DNA of 64,000 nt from Leucoraja ocellata (taxonomy: Eukaryota), in NCBI GenBank assembly GCA_036785375.1, contig JAWMAR010000234.1:2480001-2544000 (forward strand), read 5' to 3'. The position numbers and the translations under genes were made by a program. Within the stretch, counting starts at the first letter, position 1, and every line of letters starts with the position of its first letter. The notes below the pieces were generated by a model. It had not been told where the DNA came from. It worked only from the letters and a program-made list of their open reading frames with translations, and did not search any database. Below, piece after piece: positions 24,238-36,969 of this stretch.

Positions 24238-24545
24238 TCATGGCCTACAGAAAGAAGAGGCACCTCAGACACTTGCTTCTTTTAAAAAACTAACCTGCCT
24301 CTTTTTCTGACCACAGGGTATTCCATTCAAGGTGGGTCATCAAAGTCCCACTGGTAAAATGGATATCGCTTGTGTTCTCACTAGACTATATGCCACAACA
24401 AAGCAAAACACACAGAAAAGGCCTCCACAAGCTCTCTTAGCAACAACATTTCTTGATACGTCTGCTTTGGCATAGATCAGCCTTTCTATTTGGCCAAGTA
24501 TCCTTTGCGTCACATCTCGCCATTTCTTTTGACCAATAGAAAACT
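24238..24545 (-). promoter_or_regulatory. Candidate upstream promoter and alternative first exon
   Basis: CCAAT box at 24533-24537, CRE/CEBP-like TGACGCAA on the minus strand at 24505-24512, an NFI-like TTGGCCAA, and a downstream donor CCATGA|gtgagtg at 24238. Confidence 0.4.
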
Positions 24546-27500
24546 TCGTGATGTAAATTTTTTTTTTTAATTGCCCCTCCCTCTCTAATTGATTGTGATA
24601 TGTAAAATAATTCAATGAACTTTAACCAAAGAGAAACTTTAAAAAAAAGAATAACAGACATTGGTTTCAGTAATGGAACTTTCTGGGTTAAAAACAAAAC
24701 AACCTTAGCGCTCAGCCACTCCGGGTGCTGCACCTGAGGAGGGACACATTTGTTCAAATTCTGCATTGAAAGGAACACATTCTTCTCCTCCTCTAGCCTG
24801 TTAGCTTACTGTAATGAAATCACGCATCAAAATAGTCTGAAAGCTTTCGAACACTCATTGCCAGAAGTGCAAAGATTGGAATTATTCACGTCATATCAAA
24901 GTGCTTGGAAATTTAAATTTCAAATGGGTTATTCTTCCACCGATTAAAGTGTGCTTCTCAGCTCTTATTTTATACTTTTTGATATTGACATCTTCTAGAA
25001 AATATTATTATATTGAAAAAATATTTTAAAATAGGTTCAGCTAATTTGTTTTTATTTAAAAATTACATAATTAATTTCAGATGATATAATCCTTATCACG
25101 AGTTGAAATTTAAAATGTTCTTTAAGATGCCATTTTGGAAAGATTCAAGGTTTGAATACCTTGTATATCAATTTGGAATAAACCAAATAAACTGGGGGGT
25201 TTTTCCAACTGCTTTTAAATTCCTTTCATGCAATTACTGTGGAATATCCTTTGAAATTTTGGGAATTAGCCGATTTCTATATTTGTAAATTTAGAAAACT
25301 AATTTTAAGTATAACCAATTATCCATTCTGACACATGTATTTCTATGTCTACTAATACATGAATTGTATTTATTTTAAAATAAGATTTGCATAAATTCAT
25401 ATTCAAAGATTTACCATAACTGCCTAGAGAATGTTTTAACAGTTTAGAAAGTGGCAATCATGAAATATGAAAGAAACGTGTCAATTTGTGTGCTGTGGAA
25501 TATATCTAAAAGTTGCATATTTATTATTCTGTGACACCAAAATTCTACCCCATATGCCACAATAATTTTACATCGTTATTCCTAAGGATAGGATATTATT
25601 GTCAAGAAGACAAATGTCGGCCTGGATTTTCACATTTATCAAAATTAGACAAAAAAATGTAAATAACAGACGGTGGTGTATTCAAAATAAAAAAAAGTAG
25701 ATGTTCTAGAATTAATAGGTGTATAGGCATCTCCTTTAAAATTTCTCCCTTGTCCCTTTTTATTTTTAGGCATATTGTAAATGAATCAATGTTGCTATAT
25801 TTCCAACTCCCTTTATTTCGCCATTAAGAGCTGATCCTGAACAGGTTGCTTTTCTCAGAGATGGTAGGTTCAATGTATAATTTTGTTTAAAATCTGATCT
25901 GAAGATCCTGGTACGAATGATATTTGGATTTTTACTGTACATACACGATTTATTTTGTGAACAGAAAACTTGCTTTTTTCCCCCTCCAGTTCTTCTAGAG
26001 AAAATAAATTATTATTTTTTACAATTTATTGCAAGTGATTTGTTTTAAGAAACAATGCTTTTTTCTTATTCTTTAACGTGAAATTTACAGCATTGGGCAC
26101 TGTGATACTACCCAATGCGGTTGGGCACTGTCAAACTATCCAATGTCAGAAATGAAAGACACATCTGAATGATAACAGTACTTAAGATTAAAAAATCTCA
26201 TAAACTCGGCCAAAATATGTTCTTCAAAAACTGAAATGCTGCATTTCAAAAAGCAATCACATGGAAAATCACCCAATGATTTAAAAATTCTTTTTTCCCC
26301 CATTCATAATTTAAGACGACATCTTTAAACTATCTATTAGAGTAAACGCAGTTTTTATTTTCACTTTAGTGAGATCTTTAACAGTGATTCTTTAATAAAA
26401 GCTTCCATGGACAATGTTGGATTGTACAATTTTATACAAATTTTACTCTTTAAGCATTGAAATGACGAAAGTATCTGATCATGACCAGCAGCATAGCACC
26501 AATTAGCAAGTAAGAACAATTTGTGAACATTTTATATCTTTCTTCTTTAACAATTTTCTGCGCTACAATTATATTAAAAGCTCATACTTATTGGTGCTCC
26601 TGAAAAAATGTGACTTTGCTTAGGCCATACAAACCCTCAGAGTACTATTTTTTTTTTAAGTTAAGTAATTTAAACTTTTAAATGTGCAATGCAGCACCAA
26701 GTGTTTGATCAGCAATAGAAACTCTCTGCTCTTTATGGAATGTTTAAGTTCAATGCACAATTTTCAAAACCACACACTATCTTACGCAAGTATAAATAAC
26801 TAAAGTTTGATAAGAGAATTTCCCTACTCTGAGGGTTAACCAATCTCATGGTTTTTTTTCCTCCATGTGATGACCTGCAGGAGGTTCATACCTTTCACCA
26901 TTCCGTGGGCCAGAGCTACACAGAACATTCTACATTCTTTTTTTTTAATGCAAAATTTGACTTCAATAAAATCTTAACAGTGTCACTGGACACACACTAA
27001 AGAATCACCCATAAATGCATGCTACTCCAGTTAAAAAATGCAACTGCACAGTGAATCCAGGATATTTCCAACAATGAATTTCCAACATTTTTTTAATTAT
27101 TAGTTTGTTCTAATAAAAAAAAACTAATGTTCAGACTATTTAGGTAGTTGTAAATCCATTAATTGATTTAATTTTTCACAGCTTTATTTTTTCAAAAATA
27201 GTATGATTAAGTCCTGTGGTGCTTTCTCACAATGAATGCATGGGTACTGATGCTACTATAGAATGGTGTACCACCATAATGTGGCCAACTGAAGTTAGGT
27301 GCAGCAACATTTTCTTGACATTTCACACTGGCAAATATGGCACAATTTTCCAAATGTGATAAAGGAATTGGCAATGTGCTTGCACGCAAAAATTCACATT
27401 TGGAATGCACCATTCACCTTTTTTAAATTAAGGTTTCAATGGAAAGCACAGTGCCACAAGTACAATAGCTTAAACTTCAACAAAATGAGGTGTCGTTGGA

Positions 27501-29494
27501 GTCTTATTCCCCAGCTCATTCGTAGTAATGCTTACATTTATAATATAGAAACGTGAATTATTGTTCTTTTTGCGTAAATGAATACAATTTTTTTTTGGGG
27601 GGGGGGGGAGCACGGTAACCATGGAGTCATAAGCAGACGATTTAGATCAGGGTTTAAGCCCTGCTACCCTTCCAATCATCAGTTATTTGAAATCAATGAT
27701 CATAACTCTGACACAGAGAACTGTTGGATATACTTGCCACATTGTATGTTTATTCCTTTATCTAACATATAAACAGATCAGATTTGTTTTCAATTACCCT
27801 TTAATTAATAATCTAAAAAGGAACTTCTATTGTTGTACAATATACTGTTGCCTATTCATTTTAAAACATGAGGGCCCTGCTATACTGCTGTAAGCTTTTT
27901 TAAAAATATATATAGACACACAAAATGCTCAAGGCTGTTGTAAATAGCCAGATCACAGAGAGTATGCCAACAATAGACATCTAATCAGGATGGAAAGGAT
28001 GGAAAAACAAAATTATTATTTTTTCCTGATTTAAAAAATATAACATATCAAATATTATGACTGGCATCAAATATTCAGCAATGTAAATTAAATCTAATTA
28101 TCCAACTCTCCACTCGTATTAATTAACATCATTCATTTCTTCAAACTTTAGGTACAGCACGTTTTTCTATCTATTATTTTTGGACCGGATGATGTGGCAT
28201 TGCAAAAGCTTCCTTCATTTCTTGGTTACTTTTCGGCAGGTTAAAAGAGGATTATTAATATAAAAGTAGGTACAATCTCAAACCAATGTAGGAACATACA
28301 TTTTTATTGTACATAACCTCGCTTTTCTCCTGTTTTATATCTAATCTTTAACCCTTTGCATGGAGGATTACCTCAATTTTCAAAGCAAATTTTCTTTCTC
28401 AAAAACATACAAAAAAGATTCTTACACATTTGCATCACATGGTATATTTTCAATCAACTCCGTTACCGGAAATACACACTATCTTCATAGCAAACCTTTT
28501 ACTTTAAAAGTGATAGCGTATTTCATAAAACAGGAGAATCAATGAACTGTCATAAACAAGGGAATCAATAATCTTTTCCCAACAAATTTATGAATGGATA
28601 CGTAAAAAGGAAAATAAGACGGAACAAAACATTCTTTGAAATAAAAATGGTGCCCATCAAAAAACAAAGCAAATGTGATTCTGCAGAATCGTTTTCCCCC
28701 CAAAATGTAACTATCAATATACAAAATAAAATCTGTAATTAAAAATAAATCCATCTCTGGATATTTGTTGAGTGTGCTATCCCACTGAGAAACTAAAGAT
28801 TAACCCTAATTCCTGAGCATTGTGAAATAACGGATGTGCAGTGAGATATCAAACAAAATAGGATGCATTAATGATGTCTTGTTACAATCCCTAGCAAATA
28901 ATTTGCTTTATTTCCATGAAATGCTTTGAATTTTACTAAATATTTTGCCAATTGCAATATCACATAAACAGCGATCTAGTGACAAATCTGCTGATATGTA
29001 TTTGATGATGTCAGCTGTGGAAAATATTGTGGTGTTTTTATACTCTGACATTGGGAGACGATTTCATTCGGTAAGATGTAACTATTGCAAAATATGAGAA
29101 ATCTAGAATTTTTATTTTTCTATGTCTTATTTATATTTTGAAGAATATTTTAAATATTTCCAATTTTCTAAGCAATTCATAGAAAATAAGTACTCTTCCA
29201 GGGATGAGAGGGAAGGAGAGCTTTTTTTTATTTGTTTGCAAACGTATAAAATGGTGAATTTAATTATTTTGATGCACACTGGCACATCATTACGAAGTGG
29301 CACTGTGACAAATATTACACACGCTGGCTGCATTTCTCCAAATAATTAAGGTTTACAAGGTATCTTTGTTTTCTTAATATACATCAGCGTACACTCCATA
29401 AAAACATTCTATAGGAAAAACTATTACATGCATTTTATCTGAATCCAACTCTAATGCATTATCTTCCAAAGTAAGTAAAGATATTGCACATGCT

Positions 29495-29995
29495 CGAAAT
29501 CTCACAAAAGAAAGGATATGCTGGAAACATTAAGTCAGACAGCTTCTGTGGACATGGAAACGCTCATCTGTGACACTAGCTCAGTTTTTCTCTTGTTATT
29601 TGCATTGACTGATAAGATGGGCATGTCCTAGTGCTCTGCATTTTGCAACTTTTATGTTCGTTTGTTAGTGTTTTCATTCTCTGACGGCCCTCATTTCATA
29701 GATTTTATGTTCCTTTTGTTTCGATTTTCTCTCTCTCTCTCATTGCCCATGTTGCGCCCCCCACATTGACCAGATTACCTTGGTTACATCTTATCCCAGT
29801 GGAAACCCTAACCTGACTTTATCAGAGATATTCCTTTACCCTGTCCATCGCTCTCTGCAATTTAAAACCAACTTGTTTTCTGTCTTTCACAGCTCTGACG
29901 ATGGGTCTTTAACCTTCAACATTAACTCAGTTTCTCTTTCCACAGGTGCTGCCAAATCTGTTCACTGCTTCCAGCAGTTACTGTACTCATTTTAT
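29495..29995. mobile_element. Old Penelope pLTR-like repeat
   Basis: GCTGGAAACATTAAGTCAGACAGCTTCTGTGG at the left; degenerate CTGACGA-stem-AACATTAACTC..TCTCTTTCCACAGGTGCTGCC at the right. Confidence 0.6.
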
Positions 29996-32900
29996 TAAAC
30001 AAATTCCCATTAGGACCATACTTTAGAACATATATAATGCTAAAATATAATCCAAACAAACTGAATAAAAACTCAACACTGCTACTACTGCCCAAACAGT
30101 ACAAGTTCTGCAAGCCTTGACATTCTGTTTCCAAAACCTAAGCAAAAAAAGTTGTATGTTATGCACCAATGGCGGAATGGCTATCTTCTGTATCTATTGC
30201 TAATATTCAGTCGACTAAAGATTCCCACTAGAGTCTATTTCCAAGCAATAGAAGTCTCAAGGACTTAACATCAACTAATAACTTCTTGGATTTGACCTTT
30301 ATATAATTTCAGACTTAACACATATCAAACGGATTAACAGAGCATAAAGCAATGCAGAGTTTAAAGTAACATTGAAACATCACCTATAAGTTAAAAAATA
30401 ACATTTAGAAGGAATGATTAATGTTTCAAAAGATACACTACATAGAAATGACTCTATTGTCCAAAATAATTAAAAACAAACAATAGTTAAAAGGTTCTAA
30501 TGATGATTTCTACTTTGCAGACAACAGTATTAAAATACCTGGTGTACTTTGTAATGTTTCGATGTTTTCATTTTTTTGTAAATAGGGAAGGAATGTCAAT
30601 GGGGTGCATCATTTAAAAAATAAATCTTTTAGCAGGATAGCATGACTCTAAGTAAAATCTTCAGGTGTAATCTTTATCTGAAAACAAGCTATGATTCTTA
30701 AGTAAGACAATAACTTAAAGCACAGGTAAATAAGCTCGTGAGGTGGTTTGGTATTCAAAACTTCAGAAGTTAAGAGTTTCGTGCTCTTGTGTATTGTACC
30801 CTGGATTGATAATTTGTTCAAAATAAAAGAGCACCTGCTTAGAAAAAAAACTAGCCAGCAATTTCCAAGCTTTTTAATACAGCTTTCTTCAATAGACTCT
30901 CCCATATCCTGAAGTGCTTTCCACTTTCAAAAAGGCCATACCTGTGTATTCTTTAAGATGATCAAGGATGTGGTTGCGCGCATGCATGTGCGAGTGTCCG
31001 ATATTTTAAAATGTGGACAAAGCGCTTTTTGTTTCGATACTGATTGCAATTTAAATCTCTGAAAGGATTAATTGTCACTCTATTCCTTTTTGCATAGCGG
31101 TGCTGTCACTAGGATTTCAGTACAGCATTATTGTAGGCATGTGAACGTTTAATAAAATGTCCTCTTGAACTGTGAGAAACAATCAGATGTATTGAATCTG
31201 TTCTTTCAGCTTTAGTATGGAATTAGACAGAAAATTTGAACACAACATTGAACACAGTGTTGTTGTTAGAAGAAATGGAGTAATGTCGTCACTATTTAAT
31301 GATATACACAGTCATTTTAAGTATAACACGATTCTGCTTAAGGATAATTTCCTTAATATGTGCGTGCATGTATCACAACTGTCGCTCAACTGTCGATACA
31401 GTAAAGTTGCATAAAGGATTTTAAAAGTAATGCTTTTTAGCATTCGTATATTTAGACAGTAACAAATATTACACAAAAAATATATAATGACATGCTGAAT
31501 ATTAATCTCAAAGTTAAAATCCTGTCACCCTAAACCTGAAGAGTAAAATGTTACTGTCACAGCTTACACTTATTCACAGTCGTGTGGTTACCTTCATTCC
31601 TTTAAGTTTATCATTACTACAAATGCAACAGCTTTAATACTGATTGGTAATTTACAGTAATTCACAATGCTCCTGGATAGATATCTGACATTTTTAGTGT
31701 AATTAGTATAACAAAAAAATTACATTATTTGTAGTTTATACATTATATCAATATAATTGCTCCAACTGTATTTTAAATTAGCTATTTTCTGCAAAAAACT
31801 ATGAACTCTAAGGTGTAAATTCTACAAAATCTAAGTTCTGTACGAAATTTTATCGTGTAAGGAACTGTAAAACTGTATCCTTTGCTAATTACAAATCGCA
31901 AGTAGTACACATTTCATAAGTTACATGTAACTTATGAAATGCCTAAATGCAGACAACTACACATTATCAATATATATATAATATATAATTAAATTATAAC
32001 ATTAAGCAGACTTATCTATTTAGCAATGATTGCAATTCAAAACAAATACATACATTTAAAATTATTCCATCCATTTGTTATGTATTATAGAATCCTGAAT
32101 GCAATATATACAGTAGCTAAAAGACTTCACAGAGATATAAAATGATGTGTGAAAGTGGTAATGGGTTCAATGTGCTTCCTAATAGAACTCAACTGCCTGG
32201 ACATTCTCTAGCAGCACGTGTCAACATTGCTGCTCCATTTTGTGATAGTGTTGTGAGGGCACTTCCCATTATACTGGGAACAAAGGCCATGGCCCAGAGG
32301 TCATAGTGTTATACTAGGAGTGCAGCTTTTCCATTGTCAGGGGCAGCACTGTTTGCTTTGTCTAGGTAAAGATTTGCTGATACATTAACCAAGGAGGATT
32401 AAGTATTATCCGTCTCAGGTTGCTACTCCCCATGCATCACATTACTGATGACTGCAGACCGTCACAAGTCATCTACACATCATTAAATGCTTGCTCCGGG
32501 TACCCTGGAAAGATAGCCATTCCTCTTCAAATAAAGTTAAAAGTTAGCAACTCATTTGCCTTATTAAATTAAAACCCCCAAAAAGTGTATTTTAATCAGA
32601 TACATTTGCCAATTTTTCTCCTTAAATCAATGTTATTCTCACCAATTTCTTTTAACATGATCAGGTCAACTTTGTTCATGCTCCCATTTTTTTTTCACTG
32701 CTGTATTTATAGTTCACCGAATTTCAATGCAAAGGTGATAACCACATATACAGGTTGGTTCCATCTGTTGCTTACTCGTTTATGAGTCAAATTTGCTTGA
32801 GCACCTGCAATAACCTAACGAAAATTTGGCCACTTCCGAGTATCCCTGGGAAGTGCCTGTGAGGAAGGCAAGACACAGTGAGGGCAATTTGGCAGTCAGG

Positions 32901-33269
32901 TCAGCCAGTTTATGGCAGATAATAAACACTATCTGAGAAATAGCAAGAATCTTTGCTGTTCAATTTTTACAAATATCGTCATGCAGAAAGTGGCTCCCAC
33001 GTTCATCAGCATCGCCAAATTACTGCATTTCAAACCACTTCACTCTAGTTAATTGATTTTGAGATGTTACTGAGAGAATTGATAAAGTGCTATATAAATG
33101 CAAGTCTTGTTTTTCTTCCCAAGAACATTATTCCCACATGCATTAGTGAAACAGTGACTTATTATGGACACTGAAAAATGTTATTGAATAAATCCATACT
33201 GATGATTGGTCTTAGATCTAGGTTTATACCTACTTACAAAACTTTTCGTTAGAAACTCATTGCATCTCA

Positions 33270-34480
33270 CTTTTTTCCTGCACTTCTGCTTAATATCCCT
33301 GCTACTTGCTCCCCATCACATTCACCTTCACCCCTCCCTCCTCGCACTTCACTATTCCTCTTCATGACTCTCTGGTCTACTCTTGTGTCTCCAAACCATT
33401 CTCGCACACTTTTCCATGCAGCTGCAGGAGATGCAACACCTTCTCTTCTCCCCATCCACGGGCACAAACAGTCCCTCCAGTTGAAGCAAAGGTTTGTTTT
33501 CATTTCTTCCAATCTAGTGCACTGCATTCAATGTTCACAAAGTGGTTTCCTTTCTAGTGGAAAAACTAAATGCATTTGGGGTGAATGTCTATATATGAGT
33601 GACCCTGAACTTCCTGTTGCCTGCCTTGTTTAATTCTCCTTCCCAATCCCCCTCTGACTTTTTTGTCAATGGCCACCTGCACTGTTTCATGTCAGGTCGG
33701 GGGGGAGTTCCCCCCGCCACGGGTACCATGTAATCCCGTGCTACCTGCTGCATGGTTGGATAATCGGCGCCTAAACCGTCTCCCCCACCTGGTTTTCCAG
33801 GTGAAAGGGGGCTCTGGGCCCCCAGCAGGACCAAAAACAAGACCTGTCAAAGGGCGGATGAGCTTCTAGCGAGCCAACGGCCATCCAAACTGCAGTAGAA
33901 GTTACGATCACTGTCGTACATAGCTTGTAAGGAATGATGATAAAGCACACACACACCAAAATCCTATATTTCCAGTGGTGGAAGTCCGCTGGAGGACAGA
34001 GATGTGTGGGGCGTTCGTCACCGTTTCCGTTGGAAACCAGCACCACTGCATCGCTAATGTTTTCAACGATGCTGACCTGCTCTGCTATATCAGGGTCAAC
34101 ATGAGCTTGTGGAAGAGAACACCATCTTCTGTCTGGGCAAACCGCAGCCTCCCTGCGTTGGTTTTGTTTATATGAGAAATGGCCAGATATGACACAGGTC
34201 ATTGGCTCTGTTCTTTCACTCTTCATTACCAAGACCTGACTTGTTTCACATTCTCAACCTTTCTGCATTTCACAGCTTTTACATTCCTTTAATACACACA
34301 AAAAGTTGAAGTAACTCAGCAGGTCAGGCAGCATCTCTGGAGAACATGAATAGGTGATGTTTCAGGTCAGGACCCCTCTTCAGACTTTCCTTTCTTTTCT
34401 TACATTTTTATCCATTCCTTTATTTGCGTTTCTGCCTCTCTAACTGTTTGTATATCGGGGCTTTTACATTTTTCAGTGCA
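33270..34480 (+). mobile_element. Degenerate Penelope retroelement (GIY-YIG endonuclease + pLTR), interrupted by a SINE
   Basis: TFPCSCRRCNT, KQSLQLKQRFVFISSNLVHCIQCSQSGFLSSGKTK and DPELPVA..FNS correspond to the Penelope PC.RRRC.TC..QRFTCTSSNLIYCIRC..CG.LYIGETK..DLPVA.HFNS motifs. An EE..IF.LG..QP remnant resumes at ~34090. Confidence 0.8.
33691..33957 (+). mobile_element. Young GC-rich SINE-like insertion, probably RTE-related
   Basis: It sharply interrupts the Penelope ORF, contains an RTE-5'UTR-like GGGCGGATGAGC..CAACGGCCAT, and ends TGATGATAAAG(CA)n. Confidence 0.55.
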
Positions 34481-34483
34481 TAT

Positions 34484-35813
34484 TCAAGTTCAAGTTCACA
34501 TTTATTGCCACATGCACCAGTTAAGGTACAGTGGAATTTGATTTACCATGCAAGCACACAATCAAAAAGAGCACAATACACCATAGACTAGAACATCAAC
34601 ATTCACCACAGTGGAATCAACATTCTTCACATTATTGCCATAGAGGGAGTGCAGAGAAGGTTCACCAGACTGATTCCTGGGATGTCAGGACTGTCTTATG
34701 AAGAAAGACTGGATAGACTTGGTTTATACTCTCTAGAATTTAGGAGATTGAGAGGGGATCTTATAGAAACTTACAAAATTCTTAAGGGGTTGGACAGGCT
34801 AGATGCAGGAAGATTGTTCCCGATGTTGGGGAAGTCCAGGACAAAGGGTCACAGCTTAAGGATAAGGGGGAAATCCTTTAAAACCGAGATGAAAAAAACT
34901 TTTGTCACACAGAGTGGTGAATCTCTGGAACTCTCTGCCACAGAGGGTAGTTGAGGCCACTTCATTGGCTATATTTAAGAGGGAGTTAGATGTGGCCCTT
35001 GTGGCTAAGGGGATCAGGGGGTATGGAGAGAAGGCAGGTACGGGATACTGAGTTGGATGATCAGCCATGATCATATTGAATGGCGGTGCAGGCTCGAAGG
35101 GCCGAATGGCCTACTCCTGCACTTAATTTCTATGTTTCTATGTTTCACTGTGGTGGAAGGCAATAACTTTCAGTCAGTCCTCGTCCTTTGTTCATCCGTG
35201 TTCGGGGCCATGAACCCTCCGCTGTTGCCGCTACGGACGACCCGATGTATAGGCCCTCTCGTCGGGATGCTCATAACTCCGACGTCGGGACGGACATTCC
35301 ACGGCTTGGAGATCCCGAATTGGCCGCTTCCTACCGGAGACCGCGGCTTCACTATGTTATAGGCCGCAGGCCTGCGGTCGGAGCTCTTCTCCGGCGATCC
35401 CCGATGAGGGATCCCAGACTCTGCGATGGAAAGTCCACGCCACACCTGCGGCTAGAAGCTCTGCAGACCGCGGCTTCAGGATGTTATAGTCCACAGGCCA
35501 ACGATCGGAGCACTTCTTCTGCCGATCCCCGGCAAGGGACCGCCCAGCTCCGCTATGGAAAGTCTGCGCTGTGCCCGCTGCTGAAGCTCCGAGCCTGACT
35601 CTGGGAGGGACCCCACCAATCCAAGCTGCGAGGTGCGAGGGAGGGCGAAAAGACTAGGAGAAAAGTCGCATTCCACCGAGGTAAGTGACTGAAAAACAGT
35701 CCCCCCCCTCTCCCCACTAAAACACACTAAACACACTTTTAGACATACTAAAAACAAAAAAAAGTCGAAAGGACGAACAACTGCTGGCGAGGCTGCCGGC
35801 TCGTGGCGCCACC
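34484..35813 (-). mobile_element. Non-autonomous Rex1/L2-tailed GC-rich retroelement, split by CR1
   Basis: The minus strand starts GGTGGCGCCACGAGCCGGCAGCCTCGCC and ends AATAAATGTGAACTTGAACTTGAA. The body is CpG-rich. Confidence 0.6.
34629..35146 (+). mobile_element. Young CR1 LINE 3' end
   Basis: QRRFTRLIPGMSGLSYEERLDRLGLYSLEFRRLRGDLIETYKILKG with a (TTTCTATG)n tail. Confidence 0.95.
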
Positions 35814-35814
35814 C

Positions 35815-36010
35815 CTATCGACACCTCACCAACTTGTTGGCAACTTAAAACTAACTCGGTTTTCTCATTTTCCCAGTTGTGACAAAGGATCTTTGACCTG
35901 AAAAAATAACCCTGTTTCTGTTTCTGGAGTTGCCAGCTAATCTGTTGAGCACTTTCAGCATTTTCTCTTTTTATTTCAGATTTCCATCATCTGCAATTTT
36001 TTGATTTACA
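35815..36010 (+). mobile_element. Penelope pLTR-like remainder
   Basis: Degenerate hammerhead-type region CAGTTGTGACAAAGGATCTTTGACCTGAAA followed by CAGCATTTTCT..CAGATTTCCATCATCTGCA. Confidence 0.6.
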
Positions 36011-36767
36011 AAAAAAGGTTGGTGGGTGTGCTTTTGAGATAAAAATAGAGCATATATTTCCTTAAAAAGTGTTGCTTCAAACTGGAGCAAAATAAATTCT
36101 GTCTGATAAAGATTAACTTCCAAATCTGAATGAGCAAGCATTAAAAATAAGATTTTAAAAGAGATTTTGCTTAAAATCTGAATGGCTCAGCAAACAAAAG
36201 GTCATTTGCCCCTTCAGGCTGTAAGTAATTTTATCCAAGTTCAATCTTATTTCAATTCAACTCACTTCCAATGAGAATCAATATTCCTATTTTGCAAATG
36301 GCTTATTCCTCAGCCTGTTAAATATAGATTTTGCTACAAAAACTGTTGCAAAGAACTACCATCTTTTAAAAATATAACCATTTATTTTGTACTAATCACA
36401 ATACTTTGCAATATTCATTCAAAAGCCTCATGACGTTCCCTGTTCGAGCTAAATGTTCTCTAACCTTCTACCTATATTGCCAGGAATTTCACCTGACTTT
36501 ATCTTTACTATGTTTATTCACTGGAGTTGCTTAATTATCCAAGCCAACCTCTTACTCTTATAAATCCTGTTCAGGTGTTGTATCAAATATTTGACTCCTG
36601 TCATCTCCAACTATTTGTCTGAAGTTTCAATAATGAATTGTTTCCTCTCCGATTACTCTAGTCAATGGCTGAATTCAAATGTTCCCAGAGTTATAATCCA
36701 CCTCAGTATTGGTGCAGGCTCTGGCATCTGAATGGTCTATTCCTGTTCCAAATACTTGTCACAGTTC

Positions 36768-36896
36768 TGTTTAAGAAGGAACTGCAGATGCTGGAAAATC
36801 AAAGGTACACAAAAATGCTGGTGAAACTCAGCGGGTACAGCAGCATCTATGGAGCAAAGGAAATAGGCAACATTTTAGGCCGAAACCCTTCTTCAG
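36768..36896. mobile_element. Penelope-derived short repeat
   Basis: TTTAAGAAGGAACTGCAGATGCTGG..CCGAAACCCTTCTTCAG flanked by a 7-bp ACAGTTC duplication. Confidence 0.85.
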
Positions 36897-36969
36897 ACAG
36901 TTCAGTGGTTCATTGTAAATTGCTTTTTAAAAATAACTTTGGTTGTATTATTTTTCCAGGAATTCAATA

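Noticed and set aside
23801-24310. 169-aa ORF, the longest in the track (also 22496-22903, 33771-34232, 54965-55384)
   Set aside because: These are open because of CT, C-rich or GC-rich low complexity or TE sequence; no protein family is recognisable.
33691-34240. GTCAGGTC..GACCTGAC as TIRs or LTR ends with TGTTTCA flanks
   Set aside because: The interior is better explained as a SINE with a (CA)n tail followed by resumed Penelope sequence; the 8-bp match is probably chance.
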